A stretch of 64,000 nucleotides of DNA, taken from NCBI RefSeq assembly GCF_036365525.1, contig NC_090414.1, positions 23,376,721-23,440,720 of the forward strand. The letters are read 5' to 3'. Position 1 is the stretch's first letter. Every line of letters starts with the position of its first letter. Origin of the DNA: Heterodontus francisci. Its lineage: Eukaryota. The translations under genes and the position numbers were made by a program. This document shows positions 43,146 through 54,505 of the stretch, piece after piece. The notes under the pieces are model-generated. The model made no database searches and was not told the origin of the DNA. It was given only the letters and a program-made list of their open reading frames with translations.

Positions 43146-44084
43146 AGGAAGTTTTTACAAAAGCTAAGTGAAGAGGTGCACTTTAACTGAATCAGACATT
43201 CTGTGTTGGTGCACCTAGATCTTGAAGTGTGAATGCTGGAATTCTAAAATTAAAATATGCTTGAAATAAGCAGCTACACCATCGGCCCCTACGACTCCAG
43301 TAATTGTATCTAATGCAAGCAACAAAGGAACCTTGACCTTACCTAGGAACACCTCGTAAGGCAAATCCTCCTGTTGACTTCTGATCTATTTGAACACAGA
43401 TGGTTAAACTGAAATATAGTCTCTGAATGTTCTCTGCAGTCTGTCCCTTTAAACCTACTGCAACCAGCCAGGTAGTGGTAGGACTGTCTTTAAGTATTTA
43501 AACATTAAATGTCATCAATGCATTAGATAAACCCAGGTATTAAAGTACACAAAGAAAGTACAACAAGAGGGCATAAAAAGAAATGAGTTGAGACTAAATT
43601 CAGAACAGATAATCAGAAGATTGTCTTTATTCATTATAAAATACAGGAACATAAGTCCTCAGAAGCAAACTATTACCTAATTAGTATATGCACAGCAGCT
43701 TTGTCCAGCTACCAACATAAAAGAATTGATCAATGCCTTGCATGGGGCAGAAGAGATGATAAAAACACTTTGGAAAAAGTCATCGGGAATTAGCAAGAGC
43801 TCATCTGAATTGCTCCTCTTTCAGGGAACAGGACAGAATGAAAACATGACTGATTCAGTTTTACTCACCTTGCTATTCCCTTGTTGCACAATTAGAAAAA
43901 TGAGAGCAAAGCTCCTTCATGCCAGACATCAATAGAGACAGTGGGCAGGGAAGAAAAGTGACCCAGCACAGTGGATTGCCAATACATTGCACTAGAGTGG
44001 CAAGACACCAGTTTCCAACACAATCCTCCATAGACTTTCTATTCTCAACCATGCCGCACTCATGGGCACAAATGCAGGAAGGGA

Positions 44085-44860
44085 ATTTTTTTTTCTCAAA
44101 TATACTTTATTCATGAAATTTGTAAAAGTATGTTACATAACCATCCAAATTTGATGGTACATAAAGTGCAATAAAGATCAGTTTCTATCAACTCATTACA
44201 TGTGCCTCATTACACTTGCCATTATAGGTTATATTTACATTTGACATTTCATGTCAAATATTCTCTGGTCGATACAGCCTGAGAGGCTTTACACAGGTTC
44301 CAGCCCATCAGTACACAATGGCGGGAGGACTTTAGAATTTCCCCTTGAACCTTTGTGGTGGCTGCCTCAAGCTTTAGTGCATCCCTCCATACATAGTTTT
44401 GGAACTTGGAATGTGCCAGTCTGCAACACTTGATCGTGGACAGCTTTGCACTGGAAAACCAGAAAATTTCAGACAGACCAAAGAGCATCTTTCACCGAGC
44501 TGATGGTCCTCCAGCAGCAGTTGATGTTTATCTCTGTGACCCTGAGAACAGCATGCAAATCACTTAGTCTTGCATTTTGGAGCTGCTGGGATGAACCTCG
44601 GCAAAAACCACTGAATCGCTTTCCATACCTGCTTTGTAAAGGCACATTCCAGAAGGAGGTTGGCGACAGTCTCTTTTCCTAGCACAGCTGCCTCAAGAGC
44701 ATCACAGCTTGGTGCTAAGACTCTGGGCGTGCAGGAAGTATCTGACAGGGAGGGCCCTTCTCACCACCAGCCAAGCTACATCTTGGTGTTTGTTTGAAAG
44801 TTCTGGCAGGGACTAAATTATCGCAGGTGACAGACAACCTTGGACATTTCCTCTGAACTA
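44085..44860 (-). mobile_element. Tx1/L1-clade LINE 3' fragment
   Basis: PELSNKHQDVAWLVVRRALPV, ETVANLLLECAFTKQVW, CCRLAHSKFQNYVWRDALKL; AATAAA plus a short poly(A) at 44086-44112. Confidence 0.8.
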
Positions 44861-46671
44861 TTTTTAAACCAGCATTGGCAGAATGGCTTCTCCTCTCTGC
44901 ATCCTTATGTGTTGAAACCAAAACTCAGAAGTCTGTTCTATTTCTTTCCCAGAATCTTAAGATTATGCAACTCTTTACTTCCTTCTACACTCAAAGATAA
45001 AATCCAAAATGCCATGCACTCTTTTCTCTTTACAGATGCTGACTAACCGCTGCATATTTCCAGCATTTGCAGTTTTTCCCTCTTTGTTTTACTGATTTTC
45101 ATAGTCGTTTAATCTTTTTAAATTTGATTAGGCCCTATATGATGGGCCTTGGGCCTTTGTTCAGGTTACTCGTTGCAAAATGACAGAACTGTTGACTTGG
45201 GAACACTAATATGGCAAAACAAGTAAACACTCCGAGCTCACACCACCAGTCTTCAGCTATTCAATTGTAAATGTGGGCAAACAGCTACCTGGAAGTGCGC
45301 TGGGTGAAATGGCAACTGATATTTTTGCCTTATTTTGCAATCGGAAGTTTTCCATATTACAACAGCGCCTACACTTCAAAAGGACTTAATTGGCTATAAA
45401 TGCTTTGGAATATCCTGAGGTTGTGGAAGATGCTATAGAAATGCAACACTAACAAGGTGAGAGTTAGAGTATGTGTTCTCTCTCTGTGGTTCTGGGATAG
45501 ACACAGTGTCAGATTCTAGTATAACCTGTGCATCAGCTGAGCTCAACAATCAAGTCAAGGTATAGTGGGGCCTGGTGTTGGATCAATGGACTTGGGTGGA
45601 GGCCATCAAGTCTAGGAACTTCCCAACAGGGGTCAATGCTTAGTAGCCATAGACAAGGCCACTGGGGAGACCAGAACCAGGGGCTATCAATATAAGATAG
45701 TCATTAAGGAATTCAGGAGAAATTTCCTTACCCAGAGAGTGGGGAGAATGTGGAGCTCATACCACAGAGAATGGTTGAGGGGAATAGTATAGACACAGTT
45801 CAAGAGCATTTAAATAAGTACATAAGGGAGAAAGTAATAGAGCAGTATGGTGATAGGATGAGATGAAGAAAGGCAGGAGGCTCGTGTGCAGCATAAACAC
45901 CAGCGTAGACCCGTTGGGACGAATGGCTTGTTTCGGTACTGTAAATTCTGTGTAATACTCTATGTAAAAATATTTCCTTTTTTTAAATTGAACTCTGCTC
46001 CATGCATCCTCCAATGGTATGGCGAAGATCATGAAACTGGCTAAGGGAAATTAAGCACTCAAACCTACACCCATCAGTTCAACACACAACATGCTGATGT
46101 ATTTATCCCCAGACCCATTTTCACAAATTTTTCAAGCAAACTGCCAGTAGCAATATTTTGAACAAAACTGTCAATCAAAATAGACTCCAGTCAGGTATTC
46201 AGCATTCCCATGCTTGCTCATTTCAGTTTATTGCTCGTCAATTCAGCTGAATCTGACACAGGCTGGAGAAGTGAGGACTGACTAGATTTAGAAATCAATT
46301 CCCCAACTTTAAAAACACATTTCAAATTAAATTTAATGGTAAGTATATTAAATTAATCGCAGCTAGATTCATTAGGGAGGCACTCTGCTCGGAAGCTGTT
46401 GGGTATAACTGGGAAGAAATGTCCGTTGATATGTAATGAGACAGTAGCCTGCATGAAATTACAGAGATTGTGTGCAGGATGTGTGCACTGAAAGGATGAA
46501 GATCAGAAACCTTGGGTGATGGAACAGCTCCCAGCTGGGAAAAGAACAAAGCTGAGACAGTGGAATGTGTATTTAAATGTAAGACTGTACAGACAGAATA
46601 CAGGATGGTGCAATCTTCGAACATCAATAGTTGTAACCGCCTCAATTCTCTGCCTAAAACAGCAGTCATAG

Positions 46672-47012
46672 AGAGATACAGAACTGAAACAGGCCCTTCG
46701 GCCCACCGAGTCTGTGCCGACCAACAACCACCCATTTATACTAATCCTACACTAATCCCATATTCCTACAACATCTCCACCTGTCCCTATATTTCCCTAC
46801 CACCTACCTATACTAGGGGAAATTTATAATGGCCAATTAACCTACCAACCTGCAAGTCTTTTTTGGCTGTGGGACGAAACCGGAGTACCCGGAGAAAACC
46901 CACGCAGACACAGGGAGAACTTGCAAACGCCGCACAGGCAGTACCCAGAATTGAACCCGGGTCGCTGGAGCTGTGAGGCTGCGGTGCTAACCACTGTGCC
47001 ACTATGCCGCCC
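46672..47012 (-). mobile_element. HE1/V-SINE, chimeric copy; an orphan 5' head lies at 47421-47460
   Basis: Shares private variants with the 29152 copy, but its 3' variants (GTTGTTGG, CAGTTCTG) match the 35366 subfamily. Confidence 0.85.
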
Positions 47013-47422
47013 TTTGTGTGTATATCTGAGCAGATGTCACAGAATGGCAGTAGGAATCTTGGAAAACCTTTCCCCCTGTCCCTGACGGAGGATCACTGAG
47101 GTGAATTGTGGCACCCTCTCTACTATCCAAGCTGTGATCAGCCAACTCAGCACTGACTAGGAATAAGCTTGTGCTAATTCCATTTAGGATGGTGGTAGGT
47201 ATACAATACTTGTCTGAGTGTCCCTGGGTTAGGAAAGGGAAAATTCAGTCATGGTTCCCACACCTGAATGCTATACAGAGATCTCCTTCCCTAAACTGAG
47301 GCACTGAGATCAGTCGTGTCACTAGCACAGACCAGGGCTGGAACTTGATAAATTGGTACCACATTGCACATTACCACCGAATAATTGAGACCTAGCCTCC
47401 GTTTTCAAAAATCATCTATAGA
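46672..47422 (-). repeat. Right arm of the 751-bp inverted duplication (partner 28742-29492)
   Basis: As for the left arm; followed directly by an orphan V-SINE head at 47421-47460 through a GA microhomology. Confidence 0.93.
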
Positions 47423-48199
47423 GCTGTGAGGCTGCGGTGCTAACCACTGCGCCACTGTGCTGAGTTTGTTGTGCTCCACCAGGGCATCATTAGGGGCATG
47501 ACACCTGTCCTCAGTACCCTGGAAGTGGAGTGAATCAGCCAGAGCTCCCACTTCCAATCTCTATCCAGGAATCTCTGCCAGAAAGTGTACATATATATTG
47601 GGTGAAGGGGGGTTCTGCTTGGCTGTGTTGGCCCAATAGCGGAATAGCCTATTAGGAACTCATTATCAGGTCCACTTGGCCGAGATGCTGGCATGCAGTT
47701 GTCACTCTTGTAACTGTACCTCAACATAAGTCAGAAATATCAGAGTGGAAAACTTGTGAAAAGAAAATTAAAATTAATAGACTATGAAAGAAGAGAGCAA
47801 GAAATGTTGATTCTAGGATTTCACATGGCCCATGATGGAATCAGAAAAGCTCTTTTGGAGGGGAAAAATCAGGCAGAAATCCTACTTCTCTGCTGTGTTG
47901 CTAAGTAACTGGGGCTTGCCAAACAGAACCCTGGATTGGTTTAAAGAAATGTCAATCAAACAACCCTCCTGTTTCCTGTCATGTGAAACTCAGGAGCACA
48001 AAGGGGAAGTGGGGAGAACAGTCTGCTGAAGCAAGTAATCAAACAGAAATCTGATCATTTTGTAGGTTTGTTATTTAATATACAGAGTGAAACTTTTCTT
48101 AAGCAAGCCATCTGTAAAACTGTAATTCTTCAGTTAGATGATCAGCTGGTTTCATTTTTAGTCTGACAGGGGAGTGAACAGACATTGCAAGAAAAATCC

Positions 48200-48775
48200 A
48201 TGGAGGAATTGAACCCTACATCAGTATTTGACAAAGATCCTTTTGAGCTCACAGCTGAAGATGTCTACGATATGTCTTATGTCATTGGCCGTGATTTATT
48301 CAAACTCAGCAGCTCAGAAGGCTGCCACAAAGTCTCCGAGCTGCAGTACAAGGTAATCAGAGTACTAGAAATGATCGAGTCTCTAGTGGACAAGCAGAAT
48401 TTAACAGTAGAAACGCTGAAAATTGAACGGGACAATCTCAAAACTGAAACAGAAAGGCTGCGCAGAGAACTTCAAGAGGCAGTAAGCAATTCAGAGAAGC
48501 AGCAAAGCATTGGGCTGGACAAACTTGTGGTAGATGTCAACGACCCAGATCGCCCACGTTTCACACTCCAGGAACTGAGGGATGTGTTGCAAGAACGCAA
48601 TAAATTGAAGGCTCAGTTGCTTGTTGCACAAGAAGAACTTGAGTGTTACAAAAGCGGATTAATCTCAACCGACGAATCTCAAAGCCTAGAAATGAAGGAG
48701 TCACATGCAAATCGTGGAAGTGAACGAACTATGATTAAAAAACTGTTTTCTCTTAAACATAGAAAAAATCCTTAA
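48200..48775 (+). CDS. RILPL2: RILP-like protein 2 homolog, intronless ORF of 191 aa nested antisense in MACROD1 intron 2
   Basis: ATG at 48200 (tccATGG). RH1 region PFELTAEDVYDMSYVIGRDL...KVIRVLEMIESLV; RH2 region DPDRPRFTLQELRDVLQERNKLKAQLLVAQEELECYKSGL; RILPL2-type tail TMIKKLFS. No stops or frameshifts. Candidate splice acceptors at 48160-48169 and AATAAA at ~48974. Confidence 0.88.
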   Translation: MEELNPTSVFDKDPFELTAEDVYDMSYVIGRDLFKLSSSEGCHKVSELQYKVIRVLEMIESLVDKQNLTVETLKIERDNLKTETERLRRELQEAVSNSEKQQSIGLDKLVVDVNDPDRPRFTLQELRDVLQERNKLKAQLLVAQEELECYKSGLISTDESQSLEMKESHANRGSERTMIKKLFSLKHRKNP

Positions 48776-50069
48776 GCTCCAGGGACATGCAGATCTTCCA
48801 AAGGTTTTCCGGGCATTAACTCATTGTTTTGTTAAACAGAATTACGGTACTCTAGAACAACTGTATAATGTTATGACACAAGAATTTTCAACGTTTACTT
48901 TTCTACACAAACCAAAAAATTGGTTTGCTACATGTAAAATACAAGTTACGTTTGTTTTTCTAACTGAAAGAGGAATAAAAGGACTGCAAAAAGAAATTAA
49001 AATAGATTTAATTTCTAAGCACTTTAGGTCGGGTCCAATCAAATTCACAGCCATGAAAAATGTGTCACGGACCATGAAATCTGGGGTCCTCTGTGAAATC
49101 AGCCATTTTGCAAACTTCACACGTTTTATTCATTGACACATGGCTCACTTCGCTGATTGGTAGAAGAGGGCCTCTGGTGCAGTTTTGAGAGAAGCAGTCT
49201 CAAGTATTAGCAAGCAAGTGAGAATGCCAGAATGAGCAATTCAAAAATGGCCACATCCATTACTGCAGCACGTCAAGTGGAAGAATTTGGAAGCCAAATT
49301 CTGCATAACGATGGTGGAATACTGGTTTGTACGAGCTGCAATGTTTCACTGGTTCAAACACGGGCAACGTTTCAGTGCCACTTAAGTCCGAAAGCCAGTG
49401 CAGCAGAAAGCGAGCATCCCACACCACACTGTTGGAAAATAAACGCACAAAAAAGACAAGCAACAATTTCATCTCTGTATTGCTGAAAATAGAGACATTT
49501 TGTCAAAGTTTTTCATCTCTTTTTACAAATTCAATAGAAAGCTCAGAAAATTGTCAGTTGGTTACAACGGAATTTATGATGCTTTTGCAAGCACCACCAT
49601 ACCACTAGAAAAATTGGATCACCCAAAGATGCAGACATTCATTCAATGTAATGTGCAATATGGTGTTTGCTTGCCAAGTGTGAATAAACCGCGACAGGAC
49701 TACCTACCAAAGGTCTTTGCTACCCATTGTGAGGAGATGAAATCTGAGATTAACACATGAGAGTCTTGTGCAATTATTTATTATGAGCAAGCACCGATAG
49801 GCAAGACAACTATATGCTGCATATTTTGTTTGTATGTCTGGTAAGGCAGAAGATGTACGTCAGGAAAGCTAACAGTACCCACGGACTGCATCCACTTAGA
49901 AGCTGTTAATTACACCACAGTTTCGCAAGTGATAATCAAAACCGTTTCAAAATACGGTGCAGATTTCAACAAAATGTCTGCGTTCATTCGTGACAATTCA
50001 ATTTACATGACAATCTTTCAAGCTGTACTCCAAGGCGTAATGCCTAATGCTATCTATATTACATGTAAT

Positions 50070-50575
50070 ATATTACATGTAACATGTAGTAATAATGTAC
50101 AGCATATACACCCTACTAAGCCAGCGGCGCCTGAGATGGCTTGGCCATGTGAGCCGCATGGAAGATGGCAGGATCCCCAAGGACACATTGTACAGCGAGC
50201 TCGTCATTGGTACCAGACCTACCGGCCGTCCATGTCTCCGCTTTAAAGACATCTGCAAACGCGACATCAGGTCCCGTGACATTGATCACAAGTCGTGGGA
50301 GTCAGTTGCCAGCGATCGCCAGAGCTGGCGGGCAACCATAAAGGCGGGGCTAAAGCATAGCGAGTCGAAGAGACTTAGCAGTTGGCAGGAAAAAAGACAG
50401 AAGCGCAAGGAGAGAGCCAACTGTGTAACAGCCCCGACAACCAATTTTATCTAGAGTCTGTCACTCTAGAATTGGCCTTTATAGCCACTCCAGGCGCTGC
50501 TGCACAAACCACTGACCACCTCCAGGCACTTACCCATTGTCTCTCGAGACAAGGAGGCCAAAGAAGAAGAAGATG
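50070..50575 (+). mobile_element. 5'-truncated RTE-clade LINE inserted in the hAT transposase
   Basis: ORF C-terminus RRLRWLGHVSRMEDGRIPKDTLYSEL...RPTGRPCLRFKDICKRD...WESVASDRQSWR; (GAA)n tail at ~50562-50573; 12-bp TSD ATTACATGTAAT at 50058-50069 and 50576-50587. Confidence 0.88.
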
Positions 50576-51496
50576 ATTACATGTAATGCACATATAACTT
50601 CTCGTCAGTGAGCTGTGGAAAAGCAAGTTTGGTAAAGTCGACAAACTGGTCAGCTACATTAAAAAGATCTTCAAACACTGCCCGAGCTTCAATACAGGCA
50701 GCACATTGCAATTGAGGCTGAAACTAGAGAACAAAACATCGTCCTTCCTCCAGAGCCAGCAATTACACGTTGAAATTATTGATTTTCAGGTAGTACAGTA
50801 TCATGCAGCTCACCTGAAATACTACTCAGACTTGCTCTCACAAGAGCTCAAACTGACACCAAAAACATAGATTTTAACAGACATTGTAACCCTTCTAAAC
50901 AATGCTTAGCTTAATGAGGAGGTTCAGTTTGTTGCCAAGAATGCTACACGACTGATGGATTTAATCACTTGGTTACATACAGCGTCACAATCCACAAAGC
51001 TTACAATAAAGTAATGGATGTACTGTTCTGGGCTGAAGCACAGACAAACGAACACTCCAATGACGCTGAATTAAAGAACTGTGCTCAATAGGTGTTTTCT
51101 TGCATGGCAAAGAAACTCAAACAATATTACTGCTACAGGGAAAAGTCAAGCAGTGAAGAAAATGCAGCTCAGAGGTTTCAACAACCTTCTGCAGCATTCC
51201 TGAAAACTGTGCATATCTTTGACCCTGCACAAATGTACCTGTTGATGGTGGATTTAAACTCTTTTGATGTGAATCCTGGCTTTGAAAAGAACTGTAGGTT
51301 GGAGATTCCTGCTTATAAAAGCATTGCAAAAGAAGATTATTCTTTGATTGTGCTGCAGTTTTGGAACTCTGTGGAATGTAGAATCCCCCAGCTTGCAATG
51401 CTAGCACGGCGCTGTCTGACAATTCCAACAAACTCTGTGGACATGGAGAGAGCTGTACCTAAACAAAGACAGGCGTTCACAGCACAGGGACTGGGG

Positions 51497-51687
51497 ATTT
51501 ACCTATCACTTGCCAAAGACTTGCAGGTGATAGGTAAATTGGCCTTTGTAAATTACCCCTAGTGTAGGTAGGTGGTAGGGAATATGGGATTACTGTAGGG
51601 TTAGTATAAATGGGTGGTTCTTGGTTGGCACAGACTTGGTGGGCCAAAGGGCCTGTTTCAGTGCTGTATCTCTAAATAAATAAATAG
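51497..51687 (+). mobile_element. 5'-truncated V-SINE with a fold-back junction, inside the hAT element
   Basis: CAAAGACTTGCAGGTGATAGGTAAATTGGCC...GGGCCTGTTTC...(TAAA)n, preceded by an inverted 17-nt copy ATTTACCTATCACTTGC. Confidence 0.8.
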
Positions 51688-52634
51688 ACAGTTGAAAGTT
51701 GCTTCATACTCACATTCAACTGCAGACTTCAGTGAGTAAAGAATGTGACCTGTTCAGAGTCAGCTTTTTACAATAATTTTTGAGCATACAATAAATGCCA
51801 TTTGAAACCAAAAATCTCCCTTCTCTTTTTATTTGTTTTAAATACTTCATTTTCATGGTTTGTTGCGACACCACGAAATTTATGATTTAAATGTATGAAA
51901 TTCACGATTCTTAAAATGCTGTGACCATGAAATTTGTTGAATTTGGTAGGCCCCTAATTATAGGGGTAAGGTGCCAGACAGTCATAAAAATCCATCTGGT
52001 TCACTAATGGTCTTTGGGAAAGGAAATCTGCCATCCTTATCCGGTCTGGCCTATATGTGACTCCAGACCCACAGCAATGTGGTTGACTCTTAATTGCCCT
52101 CTGAAATGACAGAGCAAACCACTCTTGTATTCAAGGCAGCAGCTCACCACCAACTTCTCAAGGGCAATTAGGGATAGGTAATTAATGCCAACCTTGCCAG
52201 TAAGGCCACATCCTGTGAATGAATTTCAAAAAAGCTGGTAAACCATTGCAATTCCTGAAAATATTTCTAAATATTACATAGAATTACGATGAAATTGTAA
52301 CACAGAAATGGATCATTCGACCCAACCAGTCTGTTTAGGCATTTATCCTTCACACGAGCTTGTATAAAAAGTAATTCCATCATACAGCTGAGCTTATAAG
52401 GCATGACTTAAAATTAACAGATCTCCCAGAATGAGATGATCGGACTTAGCAATGGGGCAACAACTGTGGTGACATGATTTTATTACAAGTCCCAGTTTGA
52501 GACAGGTTCTTCCCACTGCAATGATGAGGAGCAAGCAAATCTCAGAACATAAAGTCTGATAATTTAAACCATCTAACACGTTTTTAAACTACTTTAATGG
52601 TAATTAGTTATACTATAGCTATTGTGAAGCAAAA

Positions 52635-53118
52635 AAAACCTTGCATTTATGTAGCGCCTTGTATTCATGACCACCAGATGTCCCAAAGCGCTTTACAGCC
52701 AACAACATACTTTTTGTAGTGTCGTCACTGTTCTAATATAGGAAACGCTATAGCCAATTTGTGCACAGCAAGCTCCCAAACAGCAATGTGATAATGACCA
52801 GACAATCAGCCTGAGTGATGCTGATTCACGGGTAAATATTGTCCAGGACTCCTGGGATAGCTCGCCTGCTCTTCAAAATAGCAGCCATGGGATCTTTTAC
52901 ATCCACCTGAAAGGGAATATGAGGCCTCGGTTTAACGTCTGATCTGAAAGGCTGCACCTGACAGTATAGAACTCCCTCAGTACTGCCCCTCTGACAGGGC
53001 AGCACTCCCCCAGTACTGCACTGAAATGTCAGCCTTGATTTTTGTGCTCAAGTCCTGGAGTGGTACTTGAACCTTGTGACTCGAAGGCAAGTCTGCTACC
53101 AACTGAGCCATGGCTGGC
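52635..53118 (-). mobile_element. DeuSINE (SacSINE1-like); other fragments at ~28375-28530, 34045-34200, 34760-34915, 45330-45445, 62935-63065
   Basis: TGGCTCAGTTGGTAGC head, Deu domain, AAAGCGCTTTGGGAC tail. Confidence 0.8.
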
Positions 53119-54133
53119 ACAGTAAATATGTCGACCAAAGCAACGTGCAACCATTTCCTGGAAATAGGCTCAAATCACTTACCTAAATCTGTTTCGGGTG
53201 ACTTCACAGAATCGTTATAGCACAGAAGGCTATTCGGCCCATCATGTCCGCACTGACTCTCCGAAAGAGCAATTCACTTAGTGCCACTCCCCCGCCTTTC
53301 CCCCGTAAACCTGCACATTCTTCCTTCTCATATAACAGTCTGATTCCCTTTTGAATGCTTCAATTGAACCTGTCTCCATGTCACATCACAATGAAAAACT
53401 GAAACTGCTTGAAATAAATGCAAGCCGTGCACTATAATTAGCTCACAGTACTGAATGCATGGCAGGGGCTGGTACTTGATTTCCAATGCCATGCATTGGT
53501 CTTTTCACTGCATTCCCACATGCTGAAAAATACAATCTTTACAAAGTGCCTGTAGCTACTGAATGGATAATATAAACTAGACAATGTTTTGTATACTTAT
53601 CGGCCAGGTTGTGTTTTATAAACAATATATGAACCACTGAGTTTTGTCAGTTACTGGTTCTGCAGCTTTCAAGCTCTTTCAAGTAGATATAATGTCAGTG
53701 TCAAATATTTATACTGCCTTTGATAGATATTATTAAATACATGTATTATTTAATAGTCTCTCGTGTGTCTATAACATGTATTTGAAGGAATTGGGATTAA
53801 TTTCCTGCTCAGCTGTCAGAACTGAATAAGTCCATGTTTTTCAATGGTTTAATCATATTATACACATTTCTTCCTGTTACCAAACACATACATTTTGTAA
53901 TACTTAGGTGAACTCTGAATTTTCATTGATTTTAATTGCAATTCTATTCTGTCCACCCTGATAACTTTCTTGCATCCCCCTGTGAGGATGCAGAACATCA
54001 CTGGGAAAAGATTCCAGTACCTTAATGAAATGGTGAACCAAGAGAATAAAAATCATCCATCTATTTGGACAGCACCACAGCCAAGTCCAATCCTCTGCTC
54101 ACCAAACTTCCGCACACACACGCTTGCAGCAAG

Positions 54134-54505
54134 GGTTAATTGTATATCAACCAGTTCTGATGATGATGAAAGACCACAGATCTGAAACGTTAACTCTGTT
54201 TCTCTCTCCATAGATTATGCCAGACCTGCTATTTCCAGCACTTTCTGTTTTTATTTCAGATTTCCAGCATCTGCAGTATTTTGCTTTTATATTAATTGTA
54301 TATCAATTGTGTTTAATTATATGTAGGTGGAGGGCATTCATTGCAGATTCACTTGAGCACATGTGAAGAGACAGTCACTGAAACTGGAGTGTAGTTGAGT
54401 TCGGAGGTGTGTGCTTGTAATGTTTCACTCTGTAAATAAATGTTAGGCTGAGTAAAAATTTGGCTGCAGTACTATCCTTCACAAATGGCTTTCTGGAACG
54501 TAACA
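54134..54505 (+). mobile_element. Solo LTR related to the copia LTRs at 38258/42286, interrupted near its 5' end by a Penelope-like insert
   Basis: Shares TTAATTGTATATCAAT...TTATATGyAGGTGGAGGG...AATAAATG...GCTTTCTGGA...TAACA with the copia LTRs; more diverged from them than they are from each other. Confidence 0.8.
54151..54291 (+). mobile_element. Short Penelope-like insertion headed by a hammerhead motif
   Basis: CAGTT-CTGATGA(TGATGA)-AAGACCACAGATCT-GAAACGTT-AACT; 15-bp TSD TTAATTGTATATCAA (54136-54150, 54292-54306). Confidence 0.75.

Larger units (their letters stand above)
49029..51956 (+). mobile_element. Decayed hAT DNA transposon with both TIRs and a CGGBP1-like N-terminus
   Basis: Imperfect 19-bp TIRs (TCGGGTCCAATCAAATTCA vs reverse complement TAGGGGCCTACCAAATTCA, 15/19). 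Degenerate 8-bp TSD ACTTTAGG/ATTATAGG. Frameshifted transposase pieces: zf-BED-like EEFGSQILHNDGGILVCTSCNVSL, IPLEKLDHP...LRQ-like DYLP, FIRDNSIYM, ITCNAH, and C-terminal QFWNS...PQLAMLARRCLTIPTNSVDMER. Confidence 0.85.

Noticed and set aside
29493-46671. Segment between the inverted arms as an inverted block or giant transposon
   Set aside because: MACROD1 exon 3 inside it is co-oriented with exons 1 and 2, there is no flanking TSD, and the arms are SINE plus local flank rather than TIRs.
9612-53118. tRNA-like A/B boxes as tRNA genes
   Set aside because: All are heads of SINEs followed by V or Deu domains and LINE-derived tails.
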